Origin: Octopus vulgaris
Lineage: Eukaryota
Length of the DNA stretch: 64,000 nucleotides
Assembly (NCBI GenBank): GCA_951406725.2
Contig: OX597827.1
Span: forward strand, 49,910,001 to 49,974,000
Direction of reading: 5' to 3'
Shown here: in pieces, positions 37,201-50,315 of the stretch
How the letters are laid out: every line of letters begins with the position of its first letter
Numbering within the stretch: the first letter of the stretch is position 1
Position numbers and translations under genes: made by a program
Notes under the pieces: generated by a model
Told to the model about the DNA's origin: nothing
The model's input: only the letters and a program-made list of their open reading frames with translations
Databases searched by the model: none

Positions 37201-37639
37201 CCACACCATGTAACATGATAACTAAATAACTTAGATTTATTATTTGAGTTAATTTTTTAATTATAGAGTAGCTATTATTTTTAGTTTTTAAATCTAAATA
37301 TATTTTAAAATTTTAACTATAGCTGCAATATTTCAAGTATAAAGATGCTTGTCCTGTACTTTACCAGGTTAGGAATATTAGCCTCCATGTGTCCTAATTT
37401 TTCATTGTTATATATGTGCGCTCGCGATTGTTCGTGTGTGTATGTGTGCGCGCGTAGATCTATTGTGTATATTTATATAATGAAAAGTTGTTAGTGATTT
37501 CTGTACAGGTTGTGTTATAAAAATATAAAATAGGTTAAAATACACAATAACATAAAGACGCGTTAAAAAGACAAAAAAAAAAAGGGAGTGTAATGTTTCA
37601 TACAAATATATTAGGTCTTTTTAACATACATTTAAATTC

Positions 37640-37965
37640 TAAAAAGAGTACACCATCTAAAAAGATTACCCTTGATAGGCTTAGGAAGGACCTAATTAGC
37701 ACCTTTAGCTCCATGGGGCTCAAGATAACAATAGGGACCAAGCTCACCATTTTTAGACGTTACTTTAGACCAGGACACCTATTCATACAGATCCTACCGC
37801 AAACCAAATGAGAAGCTATCCTATATTAAGTACAGCCTCTGGCCACTTGTCTATCGTGTTCGAGAACCTAGTGATGGCTGTCAGAAAGAGGACCTCGAAC
37901 CTATCCTAAAATAAAGAGATTTTTGACGCTGTAGTCTCCTATTACGACGAAGCTCTGGCCTCCAG
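37640..37965 (+). mobile_element. Penelope-like RT fragment (Naiad-like)
   Basis: LDRLRKDLISTFSSMGLKITI...FLDVTLD...YRKPNEKLSYI. Confidence 0.7.
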
Positions 37966-37969
37966 TAGG

Positions 37970-38535
37970 CAATGAAATGCATGCGGCTGACCGGATGGAT
38001 TCTTAGAACTTTTAGAACAAGAGACCAGGAAACCATGATGGTCCTCTGGAGGACACTTGTCCTAAGCCACTTTGACTATTGCTCTCAGCTATGGTCACTA
38101 ACCAGTGTCAAATTAATCTCAGAACTTAAGGCAATCCAACGAAGCTACACGAAGAAGATAGCCTCTATGCAGCATATAAGCTATTGGGAAAGACTCAAGA
38201 GATTAAGACTCTATTCCTTAGAGCGTAGGACAAGATACTGCAGTAGCCTGGGCTTCAGAGGTCCACAGCTCTTCAATATCCTCCCGAAGGACATGAGAGA
38301 CCTGCATGGGGTGGATGTAGATGTCTTCAAAATAAAGCTGGACCACTTCCTATCAGGTGTCCCATATGAACCAACTTCGCGGCAGGAGGTGCAGATAAGG
38401 GCAGCTGCATCAAACTCCCTCATGCACCAAATGTCAATTGCTAAAAAGCATTCGTGAAGTAAAATTATGTAGCAACACCAAAATGGCGGTGCCCCAGCAT
38501 GGCCACAACTCGTGAGCTGAAACTAGATAAAAAAT
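37970..38535 (+). mobile_element. CR1-group LINE 3' end with tail
   Basis: GWILRTFRTRD...LVLSHFDYCSQLWS...SYWERLKRLRLYSLERR...FKIKLDHFL; tail ggcggtgccccagcatggcc...gaaactagataaaa. Confidence 0.88.
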
Positions 38536-38645
38536 ATATGTATGTATGTATGCATGTATGTATGTATGTATGTATGTATGTATGTATGTATGTATGTATG
38601 TATGTATGTATGTATGTATGTATGTATGTATATATATGTATGTTT

Positions 38646-38696
<51 letters not shown>

Positions 38697-38700
38697 TGTA

Positions 38701-38749
<49 letters not shown>

Positions 38750-38769
38750 GGAGGGAGACCAAGGTGTAC

Positions 38770-39300
38770 ATATGCCGGGCATTGCTCGAGATTGAAATGG
38801 CATAGTATGTATATATATTACAGGTACGGGAAAGTGAAGCATTGACGACAAAACATTTGTGGGGTAAATGACGTGCAAATTCGACTAAGAGGCATGTCAT
38901 GTCTCCGCTTGGAGGAATCCAGGCCCTAACCTGTCATGGAAAACTGGGGTTGAGAGGTAAGTGATTTTTGAACGCGCCGAAAAGTTGTCAGTGGATATAC
39001 TCTCGTTTGCGGCGGCCGGCGATGCGTCTAACACGTCCAATCGTATGGTTGACAGTCGAATGAATGTAGGTGCAATGGAGATATTGTATTCAAATGGGTA
39101 CATTCCGCAAACGGGTTACAATGGGAGACGGCAACGAGGAAGCGAACTGTTGAAATGTTGCAGAAGGTAAAGGGTTGACACTGGATTGCTGGTGTGGCTG
39201 TAGAATAAGAAACATAAACTGAGCCACACACACGCGCTCACAGACAAATAACATTCATGTATATGTACATATATGCATGTATATTGCGGGGCGTGGGTCT
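38770..39300. mobile_element. Helentron/DINE-like element; an internal segment is repeated at 42336-42440
   Basis: gccgggcattgctcgagattgaaatggcatagt resembles 41500-41590. atgcgtctaacacg...tacaatgg is duplicated at 42336. Confidence 0.5.
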
Positions 39301-39889
39301 CTATCACTGTAGTTGTCGAGGCGGTAGTCATCCATCAGCAACAGCAGCAGCAACTCTAGCGCTACAGCCAGCGGTGACTACCACAACGACCACTACAGCA
39401 ATATCGCTAGACCATGCCCAGTAACAGCATGTGTGTGTGTGTGTAGAAGGTAGAAAGGTAACACACGAGTTGATATGTATCAGGAAAAAAGACAAGGTAG
39501 AAAATACTAAAATATTTTTTATCATGAAGTACATTTTTGTCTGTCTGTCTGTCTGACTGTTTCTCCCTTCCTTTGTGAATGCTTAGTAGGTGGGTAGTAG
39601 TAAATTTGAAGGGATAGGCTATAAGTACAGAGAATTGATGGTTTAAGCAGGAGCATCCGAGGGAGGAGGAGAAGAAGAGGAAGAAGGAGGAGGAGAAGAT
39701 GAAGGAGGAAGAGAAGTAAGAGTAGGGAAAGAAGAGGAAGAAGGAGGTAGAAAAGAGAAATACAGGAGTACTGTGACACAGTAGATTGTTCGTGGAATCT
39801 TCTTTAATGGTCAAATGACCTAAAAGTGACCTGTAATGGTCGTAGCAGTAGTGGTTGGAATTGTTCTAAATTCTTGTAGTAATTTCATC

Positions 39890-40446
39890 TGTGGAGGCAT
39901 TCAAAATAGGTTTATATTTTGCGATAGAATATGTTTCTTTGCTAATGCGCTGGTTATAATTTGCATTGTCCCTGAATTTATAGAGCAAAAAAATTCTAAA
40001 GTTGGATTGTTCGTAAGTGACGCAAATATTGATGTGCTCGCTTAATTCTATTTTTCTGTATTCTCGTATTTGAATATCTAGGATCTATGTACGGTCATCC
40101 TCTGGCGTAGATTGTTTTTAGCTTGACCAATATATTGTTCTCGACATCCTGAGCAAGTTAATACATATATTTTAGTTGTCTCTCTGAGCCGATATTTGGT
40201 TTGTCCTTTTCACTTTATGGTGGTGTTCGTTTGGAGGATTTGATCCATTTTTATGGTCCCTTTTTAGTAAAGGGTTTTTCTTGAAGATGGTGTCGAAGGC
40301 TTCATTGTTTAGGGGGTTGTCCTTCGACACCATCTTCCAGAAAAACCCTTTACTAAAAAGGGACCATAAAAATGGATCAAATCCTCCAAGCGCACACCAC
40401 CATAAAGTGAAAAGGGCAAACCAAATATCGGCTCAGAGCGACAACT
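39890..40446 (-). mobile_element. Penelope-like GIY-YIG endonuclease fragment with inverted duplication
   Basis: Minus strand IYVLTCSGCREQYIGQAKNNLRQRMTVHRS...LSEHINIC...YKPILN. 40321-40446 is the reverse complement of about 40174-40299. Confidence 0.85.
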
Positions 40447-41594
40447 CCAAAAGCTAGGATTTCTGCAGGAGGTCAGCTCTAGGCGATATCCCGATTGGTC
40501 AGAATTTCCCTATTTTAGCCAATCGTAACATTGGATGTAGTGACTAAATGTTCCTGCAGCATATATAATATACAATACAAATGAATACCTGTCAATTCAT
40601 TTAACGCTACATATATTTCAATAGCATAGCTATATATTTGTACACGATGCATTAGAAAATGTTGTGTGATATTGCATAATATTCGTTATTTAATATACTT
40701 TATTATTTATTAAGTATCAGTTGCGTACTGGGGTCGATCTAATCGACTGGCCTCTTCCCCAAAATTTCGGGCCTTGTGCCTAGAGCAGAAAAGAATATAC
40801 TATATTATTTGTCATTTTGTCATTTGTCAGAAGCCATGAGGTGACGAAAGATAGATTGAACTGCGACAAATACAATTCCATGAAATATTTACATAAATCA
40901 CGCTAATAGCAGGAAGGTACTAAATTAGAAAAAAACCGCCAGTCAGCCAGTGCTTTCTTAGCATCAACAGTTTGCTCTATAGAAGTCGGAGTTTTTAGTA
41001 TTTTCAGGCACTATTTCGTAAATGTTTGTCAACAAAGTGTTCCGTTAATGGCTATAAAACAAATAATTTATAAACTAGACCAACGTTCCAGAAACAAAAT
41101 AATACAAAATGAAGTACTTCTTCCACTTTATTTTTTACAGCTTCTTTCACTGATTGAAATAATCAACTTCGAACCAATTGGGAAATTCTATGTTGTTACT
41201 CACCACAGATAGAAGCCAAAATCTTCCTCAAATCACTCTCTGCCCTCTTAAAAACAAAGGCATGACCTTTTGGGCAATATAATCTGAGACACTCTTTGTC
41301 TGAATAAAAGACAGGGTGATTTACTTGTAAATTTATTACATGATCGAGAACTAAATAACAGCAATCAAATAGCCTACTTTCACGGATGACCTATTTTGTA
41401 ATCATTTACACCCAGTGTCTTGACAGGATATATTTAAGATATTCGAGTAATGCCACGATATGAAAGGACAAAGGTTTATATTACATACTAGCAGAGACAC
41501 CCGGCGTTGCTCGGGATTAAATTATCATAGTTTGTATATTTACAAGCAGAGATACTCGGCCTTGCTCGGGATTAAAATGGCATAGTTTATTTTC

Positions 41595-41901
41595 AGTTTT
41601 ACTTGTTTCAGTCATGTGACTGCGGCCTTACTGGAGCACCGCTGTTAGTCGAAAAATCGACCACAGGATTTATTCTTTGTAAGCCTAGAACTTATTCTAT
41701 CGGAGTCTTTTGCCGAACTGCTAAGTTATGGGAATGTAAGCACAGCAACCCCGATTGTCAAGCAATGGTGGGGGTACAAACACACACACACACGCACATA
41801 CACACACGCACATACACACACAATTATACACATATACACGAGTCTTCTTTCAGTTTCCATGTACGAAATCCATGCACAAGGCTTTGGTCAGCCTGAGGCT
41901 A
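41595..41901 (-). mobile_element. SINE family B copy
   Basis: ttttacttgtttcagtcatgtgactgcggcc...caaggctttggtcagcc. Confidence 0.8.
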
Positions 41902-41904
41902 TAA

Positions 41905-41915
41905 TACATGCATGC

Positions 41916-41966
<51 letters not shown>

Positions 41967-41985
41967 CACACTCACATATATATAC

Positions 41986-42054
<69 letters not shown>

Positions 42055-42137
42055 CATATATACATACATATATATATACATATATATATATACATACATA
42101 TATACATACACATATATATATACATATATATATATAC

Positions 42138-42197
<60 letters not shown>

Positions 42198-42205
42198 ACA
42201 TATAC

Positions 42206-42250
<45 letters not shown>
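41905..42250. repeat. Compound (TA)n/(TACA)n microsatellite, representative of many tracts (e.g. 3540-3690, 19897-20130, 23483-23825, 34080-34600, 38536-38757, 49313-49555, 50655-51135, 51630-52380, 63275-63432)
   Basis: Direct inspection. These tracts generate the YI/MYVC/HT/LSIY pseudo-ORFs. Confidence 0.97.
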
Positions 42251-42254
<4 letters not shown>

Positions 42255-42907
42255 ATCCAAACATGAAAACACAGCAACGTGAGGACGTGGAACAAATATA
42301 GTATTATTGGACGCTCAGGAAAGAAGTGAAGAAGAATGCGTCTAACACGACCCATCGTATGGTTGACAGTCGAATAAATGTAGGTGTAATGGAGTTATTG
42401 TACGTAAATTGGCACATTCCGCAAATGGGCTACAATGGTAACTGTTTGATGAACTTTGAAAAAAAAAAAACGAAATTTCGACCCTGAAGACAAAAAAAGA
42501 AAAGAAGCTGAAGATGACAGGAGAATATCATCAAATTTATACAAAACTATTTAATTAAATATTCTTCTTTCTCTCTTTTTCTTTCCTTTTTTTTCTGTCG
42601 TCTTCTTTTTCTTCTGTCTTTTTTTTTCCGCCTGTTATAAAATTGTAACTTAAAAACTGATGATGTCATTCCATTAACGTGTGGACGCTGGTTGCTCTCG
42701 TTCATACTTTACGTTTAAATTTCTGTAATTTTGAATTTTTATCACTTCTTATTTTGAACTTGACAAAGACAGACGAACCGTTGAAATATCTTTGAACCAA
42801 TAAAATATCCATTACAATCGAATCGCGCTCTTCGTCTTGATTGTTTACCTTTGTGAAGAGTTACGTCAATCCTTTTAAAAATATTATTATCATTATTATT
42901 ATTATTT

Positions 42908-43365
<458 letters not shown>

Positions 43366-44274
43366 AATGTAACGTTTGGCAATGCTTTGTTCGTTGTAAA
43401 TATGTTGTCCAACTAGCTTATGTTCACAAGTTAACAAATAGGAGATAAACTTGAAACTTCCAAGAATGGTTCTGGAGACAAAAAGGCTCTATCGCTGCAA
43501 TATGTATTGCGTTCATTAAAGCTACTTTGGAGTTCTCAATGCAGTTATCAAAAATAATATTGTAAATACGATTAAGAAGTACGTACTTGTCAGAATTTCC
43601 ATGATCCAGCAAACCTCCGCCAAGGCAACACCAATGTCCTCTCAGCGATTAGTCGGAGACGATTTTTAAAATGAGAAATAAACTCGATTGCTCTCACAAA
43701 CGAGAATACTAAAAATGAACCCGACTCTGTGGGAACTAGGACTGTTTTCTCTATGAAGGTCTTTTATTAGTCTACCCACTGATCTAGTGTCTTTACGAAC
43801 ATTAAGGTCTATAGTGAAAAATAGAAAGAAAACGGAAAGACCTGCATACAGTGCTGCTGTTAACGCAGGTTTAACAAAATCCTTGCGCACAAAAACGTAA
43901 GTCCAAAAAGGAAAGCTTCCTTCAAAGCAGAGCTAGAAATGCAATTGTCAAGTAGGTAAGAGGTTTTAAACAGAAGCGATATACTCAAAATTGGTAAAAC
44001 TAAAAATTGTCGAGGATAAATTAGATTTATTATTGTTACTGAATAAGGTAGTGTTATTTAATTTCTGAACGGTTTTGCTGCCGTTTGTTTATGGAGTTAA
44101 TAGAGACGCGAGTAAAATTAATAATAGAGAAACGAAAATAAAACTTTAAAAACAGCAACGCCGCCATAACTTACGTGAAAACCATGAGCGTGCTTTCAAG
44201 GAAGATTATCAGAGAAAGACATGAAAATTAATGTAAGATCATAATCGTTCATGTAAAGTAAATATAACAATTCA

Positions 44275-44451
44275 AAATCCTTGTCCAGTACCGGATCGAT
44301 CCCAAAATCTAAAGTTTGTGCCAGTCACGAGGCCAAACATCCCTGAAAGTTTCATCTGAATCCATCAAGCGGTTCTTGAGATATCTTGTACGCGGACAAA
44401 CATACAAATACGACTGAAAACAGTACCTCCTCCTTCGCTAAGGCGGAGGTA
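44275..44451 (+). mobile_element. HINE/DINE-like 3' end with terminal hairpin
   Basis: ccggatcgatcccaaaatctaa...agtttcatctgaatcc...acctcctccttcgctaaggcggaggt stem-loop. Confidence 0.55.
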
Positions 44452-44553
44452 CAGTGTAATATGTTCTGGAACTCTACGTGTGCGTTGAGGAATACAACAA
44501 TCATCTTCAAAATTAAATTCTATATGTGATAGAATCCTTCAGGAAAATCGCAG

Positions 44554-44815
44554 TCGGCGAGCTGGCAGAAAAGTTAGCACGCTGGACGAAATGCTCAGTA
44601 GGATTTCATCTGTCTCTACGTTCTGAGTTCAAATTCCGCCGAGGTCGACTTTGCCTTTCATCCTTTCGGGGTCGATAAATTAAGTACCAGTTATGCACTG
44701 GGGTCGATGTAATCGACTTAATCCCTTTGTCTGTCATTGTTTGTCTCCTCTATGTTTAGCCCCTTGTGGGCAATTTAGAAATAAGAAACGTTAGCACGCC
44801 GGGCAAAATGCTTGG
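44554..44815 (+). mobile_element. SINE family A copy followed by a second partial head
   Basis: Matches 6896-7127; gaaacgttagcacgccgggc recurs at 44786. Confidence 0.85.
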
Positions 44816-44849
44816 CTTATTTCCGACCACCGGCCGAGTATACGTGTAG

Positions 44850-45439
44850 AGACAGGCAAAATAAGCATTTGACCCAGACTGCCTTCTTCCAACTGTTAAA
44901 CATGGAGGAGGATCTGTGATGATCTGGTGGGGGTGGGGGGCTATATCTTGGAAATCTGCCGGCCCAATGGTTTCTCTTCATGGCAGAATTAATACTCAAG
45001 ACTATTTAAGCATTTTATCTGATCAAATTCATCCTATGGTTGCGGAACTGTTTCCGGAGGGAAAGGCAATCTTTCAGGATGATAATGCACCAATTCACAC
45101 AGCTAAAATTGTTACTGAATGGCACGAGGAACATTCTAGTGAAGTTGAACATCTTATCTGGCCACCATAGACCCCAGATCTCAATATTATTGAATATTTA
45201 TGTTGCATTTTAGAAAGACAAGTAAGGAGTCGATATCCCCCACCATAATCACTACAAGAACTGGAGACTGTTTTAGCTGAAGAATGGACAAAAATTCCTA
45301 TGGAAACAATTCAAATTTTGTTTGAGTCCATACCTCGTAGAATTTAAGCTGTAATTACTGCCAAAGGCAGTCCTACTCCATATAAAAAATAAATTTGTTT
45401 GAAATCTTAAGGTGTGTCCATTATTTTGTCCAACCTCTG
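44850..45439 (+). mobile_element. Tc1 transposon 3' half plus TIR
   Basis: PTVKHGGGSVMIW, IFQDDNAPIH, WPP*TPDLNIIE and AVITAKGSPTPY; TIR gtgtccattattttgtccaacctctg then TA. Confidence 0.9.
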
Positions 45440-46230
45440 TATGTATTCTCATACATGTAGTTGCATATCTAGACATGCTCAAATATATTTAAATGATAAA
45501 CTTCTGGAAAGTTTTACAGATTTTTACAGTTCTAATAATGGATTGGATCTGTAGTCTTCGATTTAGCTTTCTCCTTTCAGGTTTTGGAAAGCCTAATTTC
45601 TCAAGATTGGTATTTAGGCAGTAATAAACCAGAACTTGTAATCTGGATAGAGAAACTGCAGATTTCTCAATAGTTCAGCGTAGGTATTCTCTTTTCCACT
45701 GACCTTCAGCTTTATATTATGTTATGTATGTATGTATGTATGTATGTATGTATGTATGTATGTATGTATGTATGTATGCATGTATGTATGTATGCATGTA
45801 TGTATGTATGTATGTGTATAAAAAAGAGAGACAGGCAGACAGACATACAGACAGACAGAGATGGAGAGACAGACTTTGGGAAGATAAAATTTGTATTTGA
45901 ACCTCAGTGGAATTTGAACACAGAACATAAAATAATGATGTTGTAAAGCATTTTATTTTATTTTTACTGTTCATTTCACTCCACCATTTTACTGTAATCA
46001 TGCAATTACGAAATAACATCGCTCAGCTTGCTAAAGATAGCAGCCAAATGACACCTTAATGACTGAGAAAAGGGTGCTTAAGTTAATATAGTCCCAGACA
46101 CACAATGTCCACCCAAATATGGATGATCACAGTTTAAGATCTGCTCGATCAAGGTTAGCCCGAAGCTAGACAACCAATGGCAATAAATTTTATTACCAAT
46201 TACACTATGCAATCTCAGTAACAATATATA

Positions 46231-46457
46231 TTTCTTTACTACCCACAAGGGGCTAAACATAGAGGGGGACAAACAAAGACAGACAAACGGATTAAGTCGA
46301 TCATATCGACCCCAGTGCGTAACTGGTACTTATTTAATCGACCCCGAAAGGATGAAAGGCAAAGTCGACCTCGGCGGAATTTGAACTCAGAACGTAGCGG
46401 CAGACGAAATACCGCTAAGCATTTCGCCCGGCGTGCTAACGATTCTGCCAGCTCGCC
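46231..46457 (-). mobile_element. SINE family A copy
   Basis: Reverse complement of the family consensus. Confidence 0.88.
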
Positions 46458-47302
46458 AACAATATACAAGCCATCAAACTTTCAGAGATAGCCTGGAACC
46501 CTATCAACTGTTTGTCTTTACTTAAGAAGACTATTATTTGCTTTAATTTTCTGTTTCTTTTGCAAACATCGTCTAAAATGGTTTACCTTCTTAAAATTAT
46601 ATATCCCCGATTTTCTCAGTAACTCATCCTCACAAAATAGTCTTTTTATTGTTATAACGAATATATATTCTTTTTCAACTCTCCTCATCTTGATTCTTCT
46701 GCTTTTGAAACAGTCTCCAATGACTTTTCATCTTCGTTTATTTATAGCTCTTACTACTGACTGCATAACATCGTTTAGTGGCAAGAGAAAAGTTTTCTCC
46801 GCCAGAAACAATGAAATAGAAATGAGATAGGTAGTGCTTTTTCTACAGAATAACAATTGTGACCGACTTTACTGCACGTTAACTCTGATTTTCATTGGTT
46901 TATTTTTAATAAACTAGGCCTCATTAAAGATGGTGCCAGAAAGAGCAGTGTTTCTGAGAGTTAAAAAAAACAAATAGAGGAAGGTAAAGAGGAAAGAACA
47001 AAGAGAGAGAATGTGTGTGTGAGAGAGAGAGAAAGAGAAAGAGAGAGAGAGAGAGAGGGGGGGAGGCTTAGCGGAGAGAGGCATAGAGCAGAGAGGGAAA
47101 TAGAATAGACGAAATGTTTTAGAAATAAAAGATGATGGGATAAGGTAAAACTGATGGCGAATTAAACGTAGGAAAACAGCAACTTAATGAATCGAGTTAG
47201 AAAAAACAACGAGAAAAGAGCATGAGTATTGTATGAAGAATAAACAGAGAATGTGTGTGTATGTGTGTGTGTGTGTGTGTGTGTGTACATACATATATAT
47301 AT

Positions 47303-47490
47303 AGGGAGAGTTAACGAAAATAAAAGACGAAGACAGGTGGTGTACAAAACAAACAGATGTATTAGTATAACGCTCAGGAATAGAAAAAGTCTTTTACGTT
47401 TCGAGCCTACGCTCTTCTACAGAAAGGGACACAGAAAAAAACAAGGAGAGAAAAAAATGTGTGTAGTGGCTAACGATCTATCATGGATCT
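47303..47490 (-). mobile_element. Short PLE-derived repeat with a minimal hammerhead-like motif (47391-47426)
   Basis: Minus strand reads cttt-CTGTAGA-A-GAGC(gtag)GCTC-GAAACGTA-aaag. Copy of 8525-8715. Confidence 0.65.
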
Positions 47491-47501
47491 ATCATATATA
47501 T

Positions 47502-47803
47502 ATTTGCCAAATAAACACATGCACTATATATTCGTTCTTCACTCGTTAATTACTGTTCTTATTCTATCTCATGTCCATTGTCCGGAAATCTTTCTTCAGA
47601 CATCTGTGATCTCCTGCTCCGCTTAGTCCAGTCCATTCTCTGAATGGACTAAGCAGAGCGGGAGCACAAACGAGGACAGAACGTGTCGCTGAACAGGTCA
47701 CAGATGTGTGACGAAAGATCTCCGGACAATGAATGTGAGTTAGAATAAGAACAGTAATAATAAAGGGAAGAACGAATACACAGTGCGTGTGTTTATTTGG
47801 CAA
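47502..47803. repeat. About 300-bp foldback (arms about 110 bp, with an inner hairpin)
   Basis: tttgccaaataaacacatgcac...cagacatctgtgatct pairs with aggtcacagatgt...gtgcgtgtgtttatttggcaaa. Inner stem ctcctgctccgcttagtcca / tggactaagcagagcgggag. Confidence 0.85.
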
Positions 47804-47894
47804 AAAAAAAAGACCCGTCCCAAAATACAAGAATATCTGTTTCAACACACGGTTTCACATCGAGAATCTTGCAACGCAAATTCATTTCATAAAC

Positions 47895-47951
<57 letters not shown>

Positions 47952-47959
47952 CATACATA

Positions 47960-48207
47960 TCATCATCATTGTTCGACCGTGGTCGAGACAATGGAATTTA
48001 CCATGCTACGCCAGACTTCACGGTCCATCATGGCATTACGGAGGTCCTGTTGCTGGATGCCTGTATCCCTGGAGATTACATCAGGGTAGGAGAGTGTGCG
48101 CCCTCTGGTATTGCGAGCAGATGGCTTCCAGAGGAGAAGAGTAGAAATTACTTCTTTTTCAGCTCTACAACAATGTCCAGCAAACTGGACTCTCCTACCT
48201 TTCACAA
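47960..48207 (-). mobile_element. RTE-like LINE 3' end (copy of 35278-35588)
   Basis: ORF 47966-48226: VKGRRVQFAGHCCRAEKEVIS...STTVEQ*. Confidence 0.85.
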
Positions 48208-48344
48208 TACATACATATACATACACGTCATAAAGCTAAACACTTTATGGACGGGAAACCAATGGTAATCCCATAAACCGGGCTTGCCCATTTTTAATAT
48301 ATACTGCTCGACAGTATATATTCGGAAATGGTTTTTTACAAATG

Positions 48345-48380
<36 letters not shown>

Positions 48381-48483
48381 ATATATATATTTAGTGTTAC
48401 GTGTGGTGCACAGGTTTTGAATATTGAGAAAAAAGGTCGCCAGAATTTTAGAAAAAAATTTTTTATTTATTCATTAATATTAG

Positions 48484-48856
48484 TACGCCAGGTGAAATGC
48501 TTAGCAGTATTTCGTCTGCCGCTACGTTCTGAGTTCAAATTCCGCCGAGGTCGACTTTGCCTTTCATCCTTTCGGCGTCGATTAAATCAGTACCAGTTAC
48601 GCACTGGGGTCGATATAATCGACTTAATCCCTTTGTCTGTCCTTGTTTGTCCTCTCTGTGTTTAGCCCCTTGTAGTTAGTAAAGAAATAGGTATTTCGTC
48701 TGTCTTTACGATGTAAGTTCAAATTCCGCCACGGTCGTCTTTGTCTTTCATCCTTTCGGGTTCGATAAATTAAGTAGCAGTTGCGTACTGGGGTCGATCT
48801 AATCGACTGGCCCTCTCCCCAAAAATTTGGGGCCTTGTGCCTAGAGGAGAAAAGAT
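48484..48856 (+). mobile_element. Two tandem or nested SINE family A copies
   Basis: ttcaaattccgcc occurs at 48534 and 48718. The second copy has a different tail, also seen at 40712-40797. Confidence 0.8.
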
Positions 48857-48936
48857 TATTAGCGCTTTCGTTTGATCCTCGAAATTGTCAAACAGAAATT
48901 TGTGAATGTACAAACAGCTTGTTCATTCATATAAAA

Positions 48937-49225
48937 CAGAGGTTCTTAAAGTGGGCGCTACCGCCACCCGGTGGGCGCTGGTGCCTAATGGGCGGTGAGG
49001 GGGCGGTAGAGAAAAAGGAGGTGTTAGGAGGAAAACAGTAGATCGGGAGACGCTATGAATTTATTATAATATTATTGTTGTATTGTATACAAATTGTATA
49101 ATATTTTATTAAATATCAAATGATTCAAAGTATATATAAATTAGGAAAATATAAAATATAAGGGTGGATGGGGGTATTATGTAGCCATGAGGGGGTGGGT
49201 GGCCCAAAAAGTTTGAGAATCTCTG
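48937..49225. mobile_element. hAT (Charlie-like) MITE
   Basis: TIRs cagaggttcttaaa / tttgagaatctctg; 8-bp TSD atataaaa / gtataaaa. Confidence 0.8.
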
Positions 49226-49390
49226 GTATAAAACATGTTTTTGGGGGGTTTTGTTCAGAAGAGAACATTTTTTTGGTGAGGTTCCATGACAAAAGAGACA
49301 GATAAACAGAAAGATAGGTAGGTAGGTAGGTAGGTAGGTAGGTAGGTAGGTAGGTAGGTAGGTAGGTAGGTAGGTAGGTAGATAGATAGG

Positions 49391-49439
<49 letters not shown>

Positions 49440-49496
49440 GGATGGATGGATGGATGGATGGATAGATAGATAGATAGATGGATGGATGGATGGATG

Positions 49497-49532
<36 letters not shown>

Positions 49533-49818
49533 CATACATACATAGATAGGTAGGTAGAGAGAAGGGGAAGGGTGATCCCCTTCCTATTCCCCATTCATTT
49601 ATTCATTTACCATTGCATTGCTATGGGTTTAAGGATGGTGACCTCTTCAAGAATAAAAAATGCAGGTGTAGTATGGTCATCACTGAAACTCTTTTTGCTT
49701 TCTTTTTTATCCCCTTCTTCCCTCCTTTCTTTTTCCTTTTCTTCCTTTTGTCCTGTGCCCACATATATACGCATAGATGTATGTACATATACGTATGTAG
49801 ATATGCATATATATATGT

Positions 49819-50228
49819 AGGAGTGGCTGTGTGGTAAGTAGCCTGTTTACCAACCACATGGTTCCGGGTTCAGTCCCACTGCGTGGCACTTTGGGCAAGT
49901 GTCTTCTACTATAGCTTCGAGTCGACCAAAGCCTTGTGAGTGGATTTGGTAGACGAAAACTGAAAGAAGCCCGTAGTATATATGTATATATATATATATG
50001 TGTGTGTGTGTATATATGTTTGTGTGTCTGTATTTGTCACACCCCCCTCCAACATCGCTTGACAACCGATGCTGGTGTGTTTACGTCACCGTAACTTAGC
50101 GGTTCGTCAAAAGACACCGATAGAATAAGTACTAGGCTTACAAAAAATAAGTCCTGGGGTCGATTTGCTCGACTAAAGGCGGTGCCTCAGCATGGCCACA
50201 GTCAAATGACTGAAACAAGTAAAAGAGT
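49819..50228 (+). mobile_element. Full-length tRNA-derived SINE family B
   Basis: A box tggctgtgtgg, B box gggttcagtccc, internal (TA/TG)n and a CR1-type tail. A degraded copy follows at 50318-50640. Confidence 0.9.
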
Positions 50229-50239
50229 ATATATATATC

Positions 50240-50315
<76 letters not shown>

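Noticed and set aside
41850-42355. YI/HT/MYVC/LSIY-repeat ORFs throughout the track
   Set aside because: They are open frames of (TA)n, (CA)n, (TATG)n and (TCTA)n microsatellites.
43430-43960. Possible coding remnant on the minus strand
   Set aside because: Short ORFs with no motif I can assign; possibly a decayed retroelement N-terminus.
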